A stretch of 64,000 nucleotides of DNA, taken from Mobula hypostoma. Taxonomy: Eukaryota. Shown piece by piece: positions 12,663 through 24,640 of this stretch. Within the stretch, counting starts at the first letter, position 1; every line of letters begins with the position of its first letter. The DNA is taken from contig NC_086118.1 of NCBI RefSeq assembly GCF_963921235.1, forward strand, positions 14,076,001 through 14,140,000. Reading direction: 5' to 3'. The position numbers and the translations under genes were made by a program. Below the pieces are notes generated by a model that worked only from the letters and a program-made list of their open reading frames with translations, ran no database searches and was not told where the DNA came from.

Positions 12663-13260
12663 TGTAACTGCACCGGTCCAATGAAATAATGCCTATGCAA
12701 CATACAGATGTCCTTGAAGATTTATTTTTATTTCTCCCTCTCTTTCTTCAGTAGACACCGTGAAAACTACAAGAAAATAAAGGGCATAAAGTTTGAAACA
12801 TACATCCCGCAGTCTTTTAAAGTCTCTTAAGCTAGTGTCCACCGATAAACAAGCCCAAATACGTTAGCACATCAGAAGTGTGCTAAAATCAAATAAATCA
12901 CTAAAACGTATCACACTGTTCATATAAAGACACCTCAACAACATTATATAAAACAAATTAAGAAAAACAATTACCGTGTGCGCCTCTTGGACCACATGCA
13001 GAATGAGGTTATTTTAGTGTCTTTCTCTGCTTCCATGTCGGTTCTGACCCATAATACCCATTGTCATGCTTTTAGCAAACTCTGGTCATGTGACCTGTTA
13101 ACTCTGGTCATGTGACCTGTTAACTCTGGTCATGTGACCTGTTACACTCTGCATTAAATAAACCTTACATAAAATATTTTAAGGTGATAAATTAATCATG
13201 AATTTATGACGAAAACGTAAAATAAACATCTCAATGAAATATGTCCCTGAGACTGTTACA
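12663..13260 (-). repeat. BEL 5' LTR
   Basis: Direct repeat of 6774-7341; contains a 22-bp triplication at 13079-13144. Confidence 0.93.
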
Positions 13261-14509
13261 CTGACAAACCTTTTGGAAATTTTGAAGAAATAACAAGCAG
13301 GATAGACAAAGAATAATTGGTTTATGTTGTTTACTTGAAGTTTCTGAAAGCCTTTGACAAGGTGCCACATATGAGGCAATTTACAAGCAATGAGCCCATA
13401 GTATTACAGGAGAGATTTGAGGGGATAAAGCAGTGGCTGATTAGCAGGATACAAAGAGCGGGAATAAATGGAGCCTTTTCTGGTTGGCTGCCACTGACTA
13501 GTGGTGTTCCCCAAGAGTCTGTGTTGGGACTGATTCTTTTCATGTTATATGTCAATTGAATGATGGAATTGATGGCTTTGTTGCAAAGCTGGTAGATGAT
13601 ATAAAGATATGTGGAGGAGCAGGTAGTTTTGATGAAGTAAAGAGGCTACAGAAGGACTTAGACAGATTAGGAAAATGGGCAGATATGCTGCAGATGGAAT
13701 ACAGTGTCAGGAAGTGTATGGTCATGCACTGTAGTAGAAGAAATGAAAGAGCCGACTATTTTCTAAATGGAGAGAAAACACAAAAATCTGAGGTGCAAAG
13801 GGACTTGGGAGTCCTTGTGCAGGATTCCCTAAAGGTTGTTTTGCAGGTTGAGTCTGTGGCGAGTAAGGAAAATAGAATGTTAACATTCATTTCAAGAGGA
13901 CTAGAATATAAAAGAAAGGATGAAATGTTGAGGCTTTATAAAGTACTGGTGAGGCCTCATTTGGAGTACTGTGAGCAGCTTTAGGCCCCTTATCTCCTTG
14001 TCTTAGGAAGAATGTCTTGAAGCTGTGGAAGGTTCAAAGGAGGTTGAACAGCTTGTCATGTGAAAAAGTTTTGATGGCTCTGTACCTGTATTCACTAGAA
14101 TTCAGTAGAATGAGGGCTGACCTAATTGAAACCTATCAAATGGTGAAAGGCCTTGATAGAGTGGATGTAGAGAGGATATTTCCTATGGTGGGAGAGTCAA
14201 AGACCAGGGGACACAACCTCAGAATAGAGGGGTGTCCTTTTAGAACAGAGATGAGGAAGAATTTCTTTAGGCAGAGAAGGGTGAATCTGTCGAATTTGTT
14301 GCCACAGGCATCTGTCGAGATTAGGTCACAGGGTGCATTTAAGGCAGATGTTGATAGATTCTTGATTAGTCAGGGTGTGAACGTTTACAGAGAGAAGGCA
14401 AGAGATTGGGGCTGAGAGAAAAGATCGATCGGCCATGAGGAAATTGTGGAGCAGGGCCAAATGGCCTAATTCTGCTCCTGTACCTTGTGGTCTTATGGTC
14501 TTTTGTAGC

Positions 14510-16705
14510 TTCAGTAGTCCCAACACACTAGACCACTGTTATACTAAGATAAGGAATGCCAACTGCTCCATGCTCAGACTGCATTTCATCACTTTGCTGT
14601 CATTCAGGCAGAGGTTAAAGTGCAAGTTCCAGAGATTAGGACAACAAAGAGGTGGTTGCGGAAGGGATTGCTTTGAGACAGTGGACTGGACTATGTTCAA
14701 GTCCTAATCTGTGGATCTGAATGAATCATTGGCCCCACAGAATCATTTAGTCTTCCCCTATCAACAGCACTGGTTGAACTGTGAGATCCACAATCTGCTG
14801 AGGGCCAGATCAGAGGCATTCAAAAGTTACAGGAGGTACAGATATGATTTCCAGAAACCCATCCCGCAGGTGAAATGGCAATTCTGAACTAAATTTGAAT
14901 CAACTAAGGCTGAGCTGCAGTATTATCACCTCTTATAAAGTTAAATCAAGTGACATAAGTGACAGTGCCTTCTATGCTTGCATTGACTATAAAAACATGG
15001 AGGAACTATCACAAACTTCCACAGCTCCCGATAATACTGTACTTTCAGTCTCTAAAGCCGACATGTGAGCAGCCATAAGACCATAGACATAGCAACCTTC
15101 AGGACAGTGACCCCACAAAAAGCACCTAGCCCATGTCGGGTACCCGGTCATGTACAAAAGGCAGGTGCTGATCAACTGGCTGGATTGTCCACTGAGATAT
15201 TTTACCTCTTGCTTCAGCATTCTGAGGTACTAACCTGCTTCAAGTAGGCTCTAATCATACCAGTACTAAGAAAAACATGGTGATCTGCCTGCCTTGGTGA
15301 CTAAGATTCGGTAATATTTATATCCACAGTGATGAAGTATTTTGAGAGGCTGGTGATGAAACATATCAACTCCTGCCTGAGAAGCGACTCGGATCCACTC
15401 CAATTTGCCTACTGGAACAATAGGTCTGTAGCATATGCCATCTCATTGGCTCTTCAACCTGGAACATCTGGACAACAAAACTGCATTCATCAAGATGCTC
15501 CTTATCAACTACAGCTCAGCATTCAATACCAGCATCCCCTCAAAACTAATCAATTAACTCCAAGACCTTGGCCTCAATACCTTCCTTGTGCAATTGGATC
15601 CTCAATTTCCTCACTCACAAATCCAGTCAGTTCAGATTGGCGACAACATCTCTACACTATCCATCAGCCAAGATGCACCACATGGCTGTATGCTTAACCC
15701 CCTGCTTTACTCACTTTACACTTATGACAGTGTGGCTCAGCACAGCTCCACTGCTATATTCAGGCATTCTGATGACAACATCATCCTAGACCAAATCAAA
15801 GGTAGTGACAAATCAGGCAGATTGAAAATCTGGCTGAGCGGTACAACAAGGACAATCAATGTCAGCTGGAGCAAGGAGCTGATTATAGACTTCAGGAGAA
15901 GGAAACCAGAGGTCCATGAGCCAGTCCTCATCAGAGCATCTGAGGTGGAGAAGGTTAGCAACTTTAAATTCCTCAGTGTTCTTCTTTCGGTGTACCTGTC
16001 CTGGGACAACGTTTAAGTGCAATTATGAAGAAAGCACGGTGGTGACTCCAATTCTTTAGGAGTCTGGAAAGAGTCAGCATGATGTCTAAAATTTTGCCAA
16101 ACTTTTTTAGATGTGTAGTGGACAGTAAAGTGACTGGCTACATCACCACCTGGTATGGAAACGTCATTGCCCTTGAATGGAAAATCCTATAAATAGTAGT
16201 GGATATGGCCCAGTCCACCATGATTAAAACCCTCCCCACCATTGAGCACATGTACAATACATGAAATGCTGTCAGTAGAAAGCAACATCCATTATCAGAG
16301 ACCCTCACCACCAAGGACACTCTCGCTTCTTGCTGTTGCCATCAGGAAGAAGGTTGAGAAGCCTCAACATTCACATTAAGGAGTTATTACCCCTGAACCA
16401 TCAGGCTATTGAACCAGAGGGGATAACTTCACTCAACGTTACTTGCTCCATCATCAAAATGTTCCCACAACCTGTGGACTCACATTCAAGAACTCTTCAT
16501 ATCATGTTTTCAGTATTTATTGCTTAATTATTTATTTATTATTGTTTCTTTCTTTATGTATTTGCACAGTCTGTTGTCTTTTACACACTGGTTAAATGCT
16601 TAATTTGGTGTGTTTCACTGATTCTGTTGTGATTATTATTCTATGGACTTATTGTGTATGCCCACAAGACAATGAATCTGCAAAATGTATATGGTCACAT
16701 ATATG
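14510..16705 (+). mobile_element. Rex1/Babar-type LINE, degraded
   Basis: TLDHCYT endonuclease end, MKYFERLV...DPLQFAY, LNPLLYSLYT, KELIIDFRR, LLPSGRR; AT-rich tail resuming near 17198-17223. Confidence 0.8.
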
Positions 16706-17197
16706 CTTCATACTTTATTGTCGCCAAACAATTGATACTAGAACGTACAATCATCATAGCGATATTTGATTCTGTGCTTCCCGCTCCCTGGATTACAAAT
16801 CGATAGTAAATATTAAAAATTTAATTTATAAATCATAAATAGAAAATAGTAAAATGGAAAGTAAGGTAGTGCAAAAAAACCGAGATGCAGGTCTGGATAT
16901 TTGGAGGGTACGGCCCAGATCCGGGTCAGGATCCGTTCAGCAGTCTTATCACAGTTGGAAAGAAGCTGTTCCCAAATCTGGCCGTACAAGTCTTCAAGCT
17001 CCTGAGCCTTCTCCCGGAGGGAAGAGGGATGAAAAGAGTGTTAGCTGGGTGGGTCGTGTCCTTGATTATCCTGGCAGCACTGCTCCGACAGCGTGCGGTG
17101 TAAAGTGAGTCCAAGGATGGAAGATTGGTTTGTGTGATGTGCTGCGCCGTGTTCACGATCTTTTGCAGCCTCTTCAGGTCTTGGACAGGACAACTTA
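16706..17197 (-). mobile_element. Younger Rex1-type LINE 3' fragment inserted in the preceding tail
   Basis: ORF 16926-17156 IIKDTTHPANTLFIPLPSGRRLRS...SFFPTVIRLLN; CpG retained. Confidence 0.8.
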
Positions 17198-19808
17198 GAT
17201 AGTAAATTTACTTTGAACTTTGAGCTTCATTGGTTGACATCCCCAGCAGGTGACCTTTGCACCAGGGTAACAAGTCTGTTGCAACACAAGAAGTGCTGAA
17301 GCAATACAAATGAAGGGTCTCAACTCAAAATATAGAGTTTCCCTGCATAGCTGCTCCCTGACTGGTTGAGTTCCTCCAGCGCTTTTTGTGCTGTTCCAGA
17401 TTCCAACAACTGCAGTCTGTTGTCACCCCTTTAGTTTGCTGGGAGGATTGGACTGATTAATGAGGGTGGAGAGCCACAGGGTGAATATGGCAGCTCCCCC
17501 ATATTCTATACCCAGAAAAACATCTTTATGTTACAAACTGTAGTAAGCAAGAAGGAAGATCCAAGTCTGTATATACTGAACAATGAGGTAAGACTAACAT
17601 TAAAACCTGTACTAAAGGACGTGCCAAAAGAAGCTTGAAGTAAAGTTTTGCCAAGATCATTCTGGAGTGCCACTTACACTGTTGCTCCTCAGATCATGTT
17701 AAATGCTATGCACCTCTCACCAGTGATGAGCTTTGGAGAAATGGTGAATCTAACGTACTCTGACTTAAATCCCACAACAGCAGGAGAAGATGTGTGTAAC
17801 ATCTGTAAATTACCACTCTTCCCATCCCAGGAGAATTCCTGGCTACTACTCCACACACTTGGGTTATAACCAGGATGTTGGTTTGTTCACGTCATACGCT
17901 AACTGCTTAAACCCTTGTGAAGCCTATTCATACACAGAGGGTAAAAATTGCCACCTCCGCCCACCAACTCTGTGATCTGTTTCAAACCCTGTTCACAATC
18001 TAGCCATTTGTTTTAGGTCAAGGAACTATACATAAAAGCAAATGTAACTTTCCCAGCCACTCTCTGATTAAAGGACTAAGAAGTAAGTGTTGTTTTACCT
18101 ATCCTTTAACACTATTCGAGAGGTTTCATACTCCAGTCTCTTGTCACACATTCACATTCCACTGTAATCGGATATAAGCAATATGTCAGACTTAAAGATC
18201 ATGTCTCAAGAAACATACTCATGCACTAGAGATTTTACCCGCCTTACTTTTCACCTGGTCTCACATATCACCTGCTAGCTTGTACGTCTGCTCCACCACC
18301 TTCTTACTCTAGCTGCTACTGACAGGTATCAGTCTGAAATGTGAACCGTTGATTTCCCTTCATCGATGTTGCCTGAGTGCCTGAGCTCCATGAGCATTCT
18401 GTGTGTATTGCCAAGAAACATATTGGCAGATCTTTCCAATTTTCTGACTTTTGCGAAGATATCCTGTAAGTCGAGATGGGGAACACTTGGGTTGATGGTG
18501 TTGAATGGTGGGTTGGCAGCCTCCACCCATGTCAGAGGGATCAGTTAAACATTAGCTGCACACTAACCAGAGATATACACTTCATCTTCATTGAAGTAGA
18601 GCAGCAGCCCTCTTAAATAAATTCTAACAGATCCTAATATATCCAATAACAAAAGGGCTTTTGTGGTGCTGATAAATGTTAAGACTGGGATCTTTTCCCA
18701 GTTTAATGCAATGTTAGCATCAAGTGCTGTTGGCACAGGGTGAGGTATAGACTGAATGTTCACAGCATGGAACGTGCTACCGTGTGATGGTCTTTGTCAT
18801 GAAATTTAAAGAAGTCATGGCATTGGGGAGGGCAACGGGTGACGGATTTGATGGTCTTTCCTTTGAGTTTATGTCTAGCAGACTGTATCTAACTTTCAGT
18901 TCACTTGTGCCAAAGCAGAAAGCAATTACATTCGGCTAAAGATACCTGTAAACTTCACTCAGCAGTGCAGAACAGGAGAATTGTTGATGTGGTTAGATCT
19001 TCTATTGTTGTTTCATAGTTTGTAATCTTTGTTTCTGATTTCAGAGTGCCAGGGAGAAATTGTAATATGTGTGTGAGATTATTAATGGCCATCCATGTTG
19101 TAACAAGCACCTGAAACAGTTTCCATTCTCATTAACCAAGACAATAAACTGAGAGAGCAGAAAATCAGAAGAAATCAGTATTAGATGAAAGATCCCTTCT
19201 ACTATATTATCACTTTGCAATGAAGACAAGAATCTACTCCTAAAATTATATCAATGTGATGCCATTTCTAATTAGATTTGTCTGCTGCTTTAACATGACT
19301 ACTTGCTCTGTCTGTCTTTATATCAGTCATATCACTGACAGATGCAGATGACAATGCTAAGCTATCCAAGAATTTCATTGTTCAGTAATGACTTTGAAAA
19401 TTTCTAGGAATAGCAATACTCCATTACAACTCAGTGGGGAATCAGTCATCATAGTTCCATTCTGGGCTACACTGGCAAATTATTCTGAGGCTGACTTCAG
19501 TGGGAAAATCTAAGATTCTGTTAACCAATATAAAGTAAAAACAAAATGAAGACTGTCTCTGTGTTAAAAAATGTGCCTCATACATTTTCCTTGAACATAA
19601 CCCTCCTCATCTTAAATGTAGGTCCTTTAGTATTAAACATTTCAACCATGGGAAAAGAGATATTAGCTGTTTAATGTACCAATGCCTCTCATAATATTAA
19701 AAAATTTCATCAGGTTTCCCTTCAGCTTCCAGCGCTTCTGAGAAAATAATGTGAGTTTTTCCAACCTCTCCTTACACATCCTCTAATCCAGGGCACATCC
19801 TGGTAAAC

Positions 19809-20684
19809 AGAGAGTCTGCAGAGAGACTTGGATAAATTGGAAGAATGGGCAAAGAAGTGGCAAATGAAATACAACGTTGGAAAGTGTATGGTTATGCACT
19901 TTGGCAGAAGAAATAAACAGGCAGACTATTATTTAAATGGGGGGAGAATTCAAAGTTCTGAGGTGCAACAGGACTTGGGAGTCCTCATGCAGGATACCTT
20001 TAAGGTTAACCTCCAGGTTGAGTCAGTGGTGAAGAAGGCGAATGCAATGTTGGCATTCATTTCTAGAGGAATAGAGTATAGGAGCAAGGATGTGATGTTG
20101 AGGCTCTATAAGGCACTGGTAAGACCTCACTTGGAGTACTGTGGGCAGTTTTGGTCTCCTTATTTAAGAAAGGATGTGCTGACGTTGGAGAGGGTTCAGA
20201 GAAGATTCATGAGAATGATTCCGGAAATGAGAGGGTTAACATATGAGGAACGTTTGTCCACTCTTGGACTGTATTCCTTGGAGTTTAGAAGAATGAGGGG
20301 GGACCTCATAGAAACATTTGGAATGTTGAAAGTCATGGATAGAGTGGATGTGACAAAGTTGTTTCCCATGATGGGGGAGTCTAGTACGAGAGGGCATGAC
20401 TTAAGGATTGAAGGGCGCCCATTCAGAACAGAAATGCGAAGAAATTTTTTCAGCCAGAGGTTGGTGAATCTATGGAATTTGTTTCCACAGGCGACAGTGG
20501 AGGCCAAGTCATTGGGTGTATTTAAGGCAGAGATTGATAGATATCTGAGTAGCCAGGGCATCAAAGGTTATGGTGAGAAGACGGGGGAGTGGGACTAAAT
20601 GGGAGAATGGATCAGCTCATGATAAAATGGCGGAGCAGACTCAATGGGCCGAATGGCTGACTTCTGCTCCTTTGTCTTATGGTC
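19809..20684 (+). mobile_element. Young 5'-truncated CR1 3' end, nested in an older minus-strand CR1-like copy (~19570-21040)
   Basis: Stop-free ORF 19828-20598 (LVRPHLEYC, RRMRGDLIETF, FFSQRLVNLWN); short TSD TAAAC (19804-19808, 20685-20689). Confidence 0.88.
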
Positions 20685-21602
20685 TAAACCTATTCTGTAC
20701 TTTCTCCAAAGCCTCCACATACTTCCTACAATGTGGCAACCAGAACTGAACATAAGACTCCGGATGCAGGCAAGTGAGTGTTTTATAGAGCTGTGACATA
20801 ACTTGGAGACATTTGAGCTCAATGTCTCAACTAATATAAGTAAACATGCCATATGCCTTCTTTACCACCCTATCTACCTATGCAGCCACTTTCAGAGAGC
20901 TATAGACTTGGATTGAATATCCCTCTGTATATCAACACTGCTGAAGGTCCTGCTGTGTACATACCCTTTACATTAGATCTCCAAAGTGCAAAACTTCACA
21001 CTTGACCAAATTAAACTCCGTCTTCCATTTCTCCATTTCTGAATATGCTAACCTGTATTTTCACAATAACCATATGTTACATATTCATTTAAAATCTGTT
21101 TCACATCAAGTTAAGAATTGCCAATCATGCCACATTGTGGGACTGACATCATTTACTTTGGTCTGTGTTCCATTCAGCCCCGATGCATTTCTGTTCTGCT
21201 GTAGAATTTAAAAATAATCTGCTACTTAAATATAAAGTTAATACATTGATCAATATTGTCCAAACTATTAGCCAACAGCTGCATGTGGAGACTGCGGAAT
21301 CCAGTTTTGACTAATTGTTTTTTGATTAGCGAAGACAACATAACTAAATGGTATCAGTACTGGGCTTGTGAACTCAATGCATACAGGTATACAGTATACT
21401 CACAGTGTTTCTATACCTCTAAATGAGTTGTTTGGTAAAAAGTAAAGCAGAAGTAGAGTATGTGAGTGTCTTCAACTGTTGCATGTATATTAGTTCCTTG
21501 GTTGCTGCTTCTTAGTCATCCACCTAAATGATGTGTGATTCTATTTTCACAATGGACAATAGTCAATCAAAAAGCCATCCACAAATTTATGGTCAGAATA
21601 TA

Positions 21603-21750
21603 CCTCTCCCTCCCCATCTCCCTCTCCCCCTCTCCCTCCCTCTCCCTCTCTCCCTCTACCTCTTCCTTTACCTCCCCCTTTCCCTCCCCCTCTCCCTCTT
21701 GCTCTCCATCCCCCTCCTTCACCCCCTCTCTATCTCACTTCTCCTTCACT
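21603..21750. repeat. Polypyrimidine low-complexity tract, (CTCCCT)n-like
   Basis: About 150 bp almost entirely C/T. Confidence 0.9.
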
Positions 21751-21804
21751 TTGGTTTTGTTTAAGGTCTATAAGGTGACTTATCGGTGACTATAAGGTGA
21801 CTAA

Positions 21805-22810
21805 GGTGACTGGCAGACCACAGTACGTGTGTTTGCAACACTGTGTGTCCGACAGAGTGATCAGCAGCACTGGGGCTCCACAGGGGACTGTCTTGTCTCC
21901 CTTTCTCTTCACTATTTACACCTCGGACTTCAACTACTGCACAGAGTCTTGTCATCTTCAGAAGTTTTCTGATGACTCTGCCATAGTTGGATGCATCAGC
22001 AAGGGAGATGAGGCTAAGTACAGGGCTACGGTAGGAAACTTTGTCACATGGTGTGAGCAGAATTATCTGCAGCTTAATGTGAAAAGGACTAAGGAGCTGG
22101 TGGTAGACCTGAGGAGAGCTAAGGTACCGGTGACCCCTGTTTCCATCCAGGGGGTCAGTGTGGACAGGGTGGAGGATTACAAATACCTGGGGATACGAAT
22201 TGACAATAAACTGGACTGGTCAAAGAACACTGAGGCTGTCTACAACAAGGCCCTCTCTAGTTCCTGAGGAGACTGAGGTCCTTTAACATCTGCCGGACAA
22301 TGCTGTGGATGTTCTACGAGTCTGTGGTGGCCAGTGCTATCATGTTTGCTGTTGTGTGCTGGGGCAGCAGGCTGAGGGTAGCAGACACCAACAGAATCAA
22401 ACAAACTCATTCGTAAGGCCAGTGATGTGGGGATGGATCTGGACTCTCTGAAAGTGGTGTCTGAAAAGAGGATGCTGTCCAAGTTGCATGCCATCTTGGA
22501 CAATGTCTCCCATCCACTACATAATGTACTGGTTGGGCACAGGAGTACATTCAGCCAGAGACTCATTCCACCGAGATGCAACACAGAGCGTCATAGGAAG
22601 TCATTCCTGCCTGTGGCCATCAAACTTTACAACTCCTCCCATGGAGGGTCAGACACCCTGAGCCAATAGGCTGGTCCTGGACTTATTTCCTGGCATAATT
22701 TACATATTACTATTTAATTATTTATGGTTTTATTACTATTTAATTATTTATGGTGCAACTGTAACGAAAACCAATTTCCCCCGGGATCAATAAAGTATCA
22801 CTATGAATAT
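21805..22810 (+). mobile_element. Rex1/Babar-type LINE, 5'-truncated, relatively young
   Basis: GAPQGTVLSPFLFTIYT, KFSDD, TKELVVD, YKYLG, SFLPVAIKLYN; tail GGGATCAATAAAGTA. Confidence 0.85.
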
Positions 22811-24074
22811 AAATAGGCCATATCACAGTGCCATTTGTCCAGATGTCCTGACATTGATTTTGTCCACAAGTTGGAAAATATGCAAAAACTTGATCTGTCA
22901 GCCAACACACACAAAATGGTGACAAAGGGTCTTAGCCTGAAACATCAACCGTTTATTCCCTTCAGTAGATGCTGCCTGACTTGATGAATTCCTCCGGCAT
23001 TTTGTGTGTGTTGCTCAAGATTTCCAGATTGTTTTTTGTGTTTATATGTTAACCTTACCTTTCCAGTATTGTACCAAATGATGTTAAAAAGATACAATTA
23101 CTAAAAGGGATGAGGGAGAAAATCAGTTTTGCCATTTGTAGGAATAAACCTATGTACGTACGTCAAACTTTTGAACTTAATAGTATTATGGACATTTGTT
23201 TGGATGTAGAGATATCAATTCACAAGTCAGATGTTCTTAATCAATAAGTAGCCTGTAGTATTTATCCTTAATTTTTGATGCAGTTTCTTTGCCATTCTGA
23301 TGAATCCGTTTAAAAATGGAGAATTACAGCAATTGAGGACAGCAGTATTATAACAAGCTGTAAAGGACTGTGTATCATTACCTCCAAGAGAGAAAATATA
23401 TGTATAGCAGACTGAGAGGTGTATCTTAACCTTTACAACTATTTACATTGATAATGCGTCATTCAATTAAGCAAATTGTTAAATTTGTTTTTGTGTGACT
23501 CAGAGACAGCAAGGTTTATGAACATGATTGATATCTTAGTGAACCTCGATACTCTGAAATGCACTTCTGCATCTTCACTCAGTTTGGTAAGAAAAAATTT
23601 GAGAGCAAAACTGCAGCTGGAGTTCCACATTTAAGAGATCACTATTATCCCTACATTTTGGATCCTGCTACAAGTCAATAATGTTTTATTCTAAGGTTTT
23701 ATTCCTGTAACAATATCTGACTACTGAATAGAAGATATTCGTTCAATGACTGCATTTCTTATGCCTGTTGTAAAACAGAGACAATAAGAATAGATATTTC
23801 TAAACAGTAGTCCAAAATCTAAAACATGGCTGCCAAGGAAGTGCTATGTTATCAGTCACTAATAATAAACGCTCCAGACAGTTATGTTGGACGTTGTATT
23901 CTGCCTCCAAAATTCAAGCAACTTCAAAGAAATTAGTTTTGGGGGTGAATTAATCATGCTGCTGTAAATGTAACATCTTTAACAGAGGTAAAATTCTAAA
24001 AACAGTGGCCATAGATGGACAGCTGCGTTGTCAGTGTCACTCAGGTACTTCAAGTTCCTTAAGGTTGTTATAGT

Positions 24075-24640
24075 TGGAGGGTGGTAACAGTGGTAAGATC
24101 CCACTGTCTATTAAACGCTCCCAATGGTGTGCAGTTCAAATAGCTTCTGACAGCCAAGTCCAGCTCCTGCTTTTCACATGTGGCTTAGCTACTAAGCCTG
24201 GCAGAAGCATTTCTACTGGCACGAGAAAGAGCAAAGGTGGGTTGCTGGCGCCTTTAAACCAATTGGTTTGGGCAGGTGAGGCTCGGCAGCTGTGTGGCAG
24301 CTCATCCAGAAGAAGGATAACACTGAACTCAAACCTCCCGCTGTTTTGCGGCTATACCCACTCATGGGGAGGGCTTCAGGAGTAAGCCCCGGGGGGGGGG
24401 GGAAATTGTGGAGCTGGAGTCCCTACGGCAGTCCTACGTTCAGTTCAATGTTGACTGGCAACTCCAGCATCACTGCTGCTGCTATACTGTACTGGTCTCC
24501 GCTGTTCCTTTGGGTTCATCAGATGTGTGAAGAGGGGGAGCTTGGGTAACAGCTTGCTCTCCATATTATACTGCCTAGCCTTGTGTATCTAGATAGCTAA
24601 GATGCAAATCCATGGTCAACCCTGACCAACAGAATCCTCA
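24075..24640 (+). mobile_element. Non-coding interspersed repeat, probably RTE-related and non-autonomous
   Basis: AGAAGGATAACACTGAACTCAAACC resembles a recalled RTE 5'-region motif; 3' part aligns by eye to the SINE tail at 53765-53892. Confidence 0.45.

Larger units (their letters stand above)
6774..13260 (-). mobile_element. BEL/Pao LTR retrotransposon lacking RT/RNase H
   Basis: LTRs 6774-7341 and 12663-13260 (TGTAAC...GTTACA); perfect 5-bp TSD CTGAC (6769-6773, 13261-13265); BEL-type Gag, protease and integrase motifs. Confidence 0.95.
1..14500 (+). mobile_element. CR1-clade LINE (APE endonuclease, RT, 3' UTR), degraded and split by four insertions; own segments 1-69, 3879-4480, 4988-5092, 5964-6773, 13261-14500
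   Basis: Segments rejoin collinearly and match the uninterrupted CR1 copy at 40260-41150. RT motifs NYRPVSLTSVVGK, KAFDKVPH, SGVPQESVLG, LVRPHLEYC. Ends in a GGTCTTATGGTC-type tail near 14500. Confidence 0.9.

Noticed and set aside
13079..13144. CRISPR-like array
   Set aside because: Head-to-tail repeats without spacers, inside an LTR in vertebrate DNA; no cas genes.
19828..20598. Intact 256-aa gene
   Set aside because: 5'-truncated CR1 ORF2 end lacking the RT catalytic core; open only because it is young.
21528..21789. Leu/Pro/Ser-rich ORFs
   Set aside because: Translation of a polypyrimidine tract.
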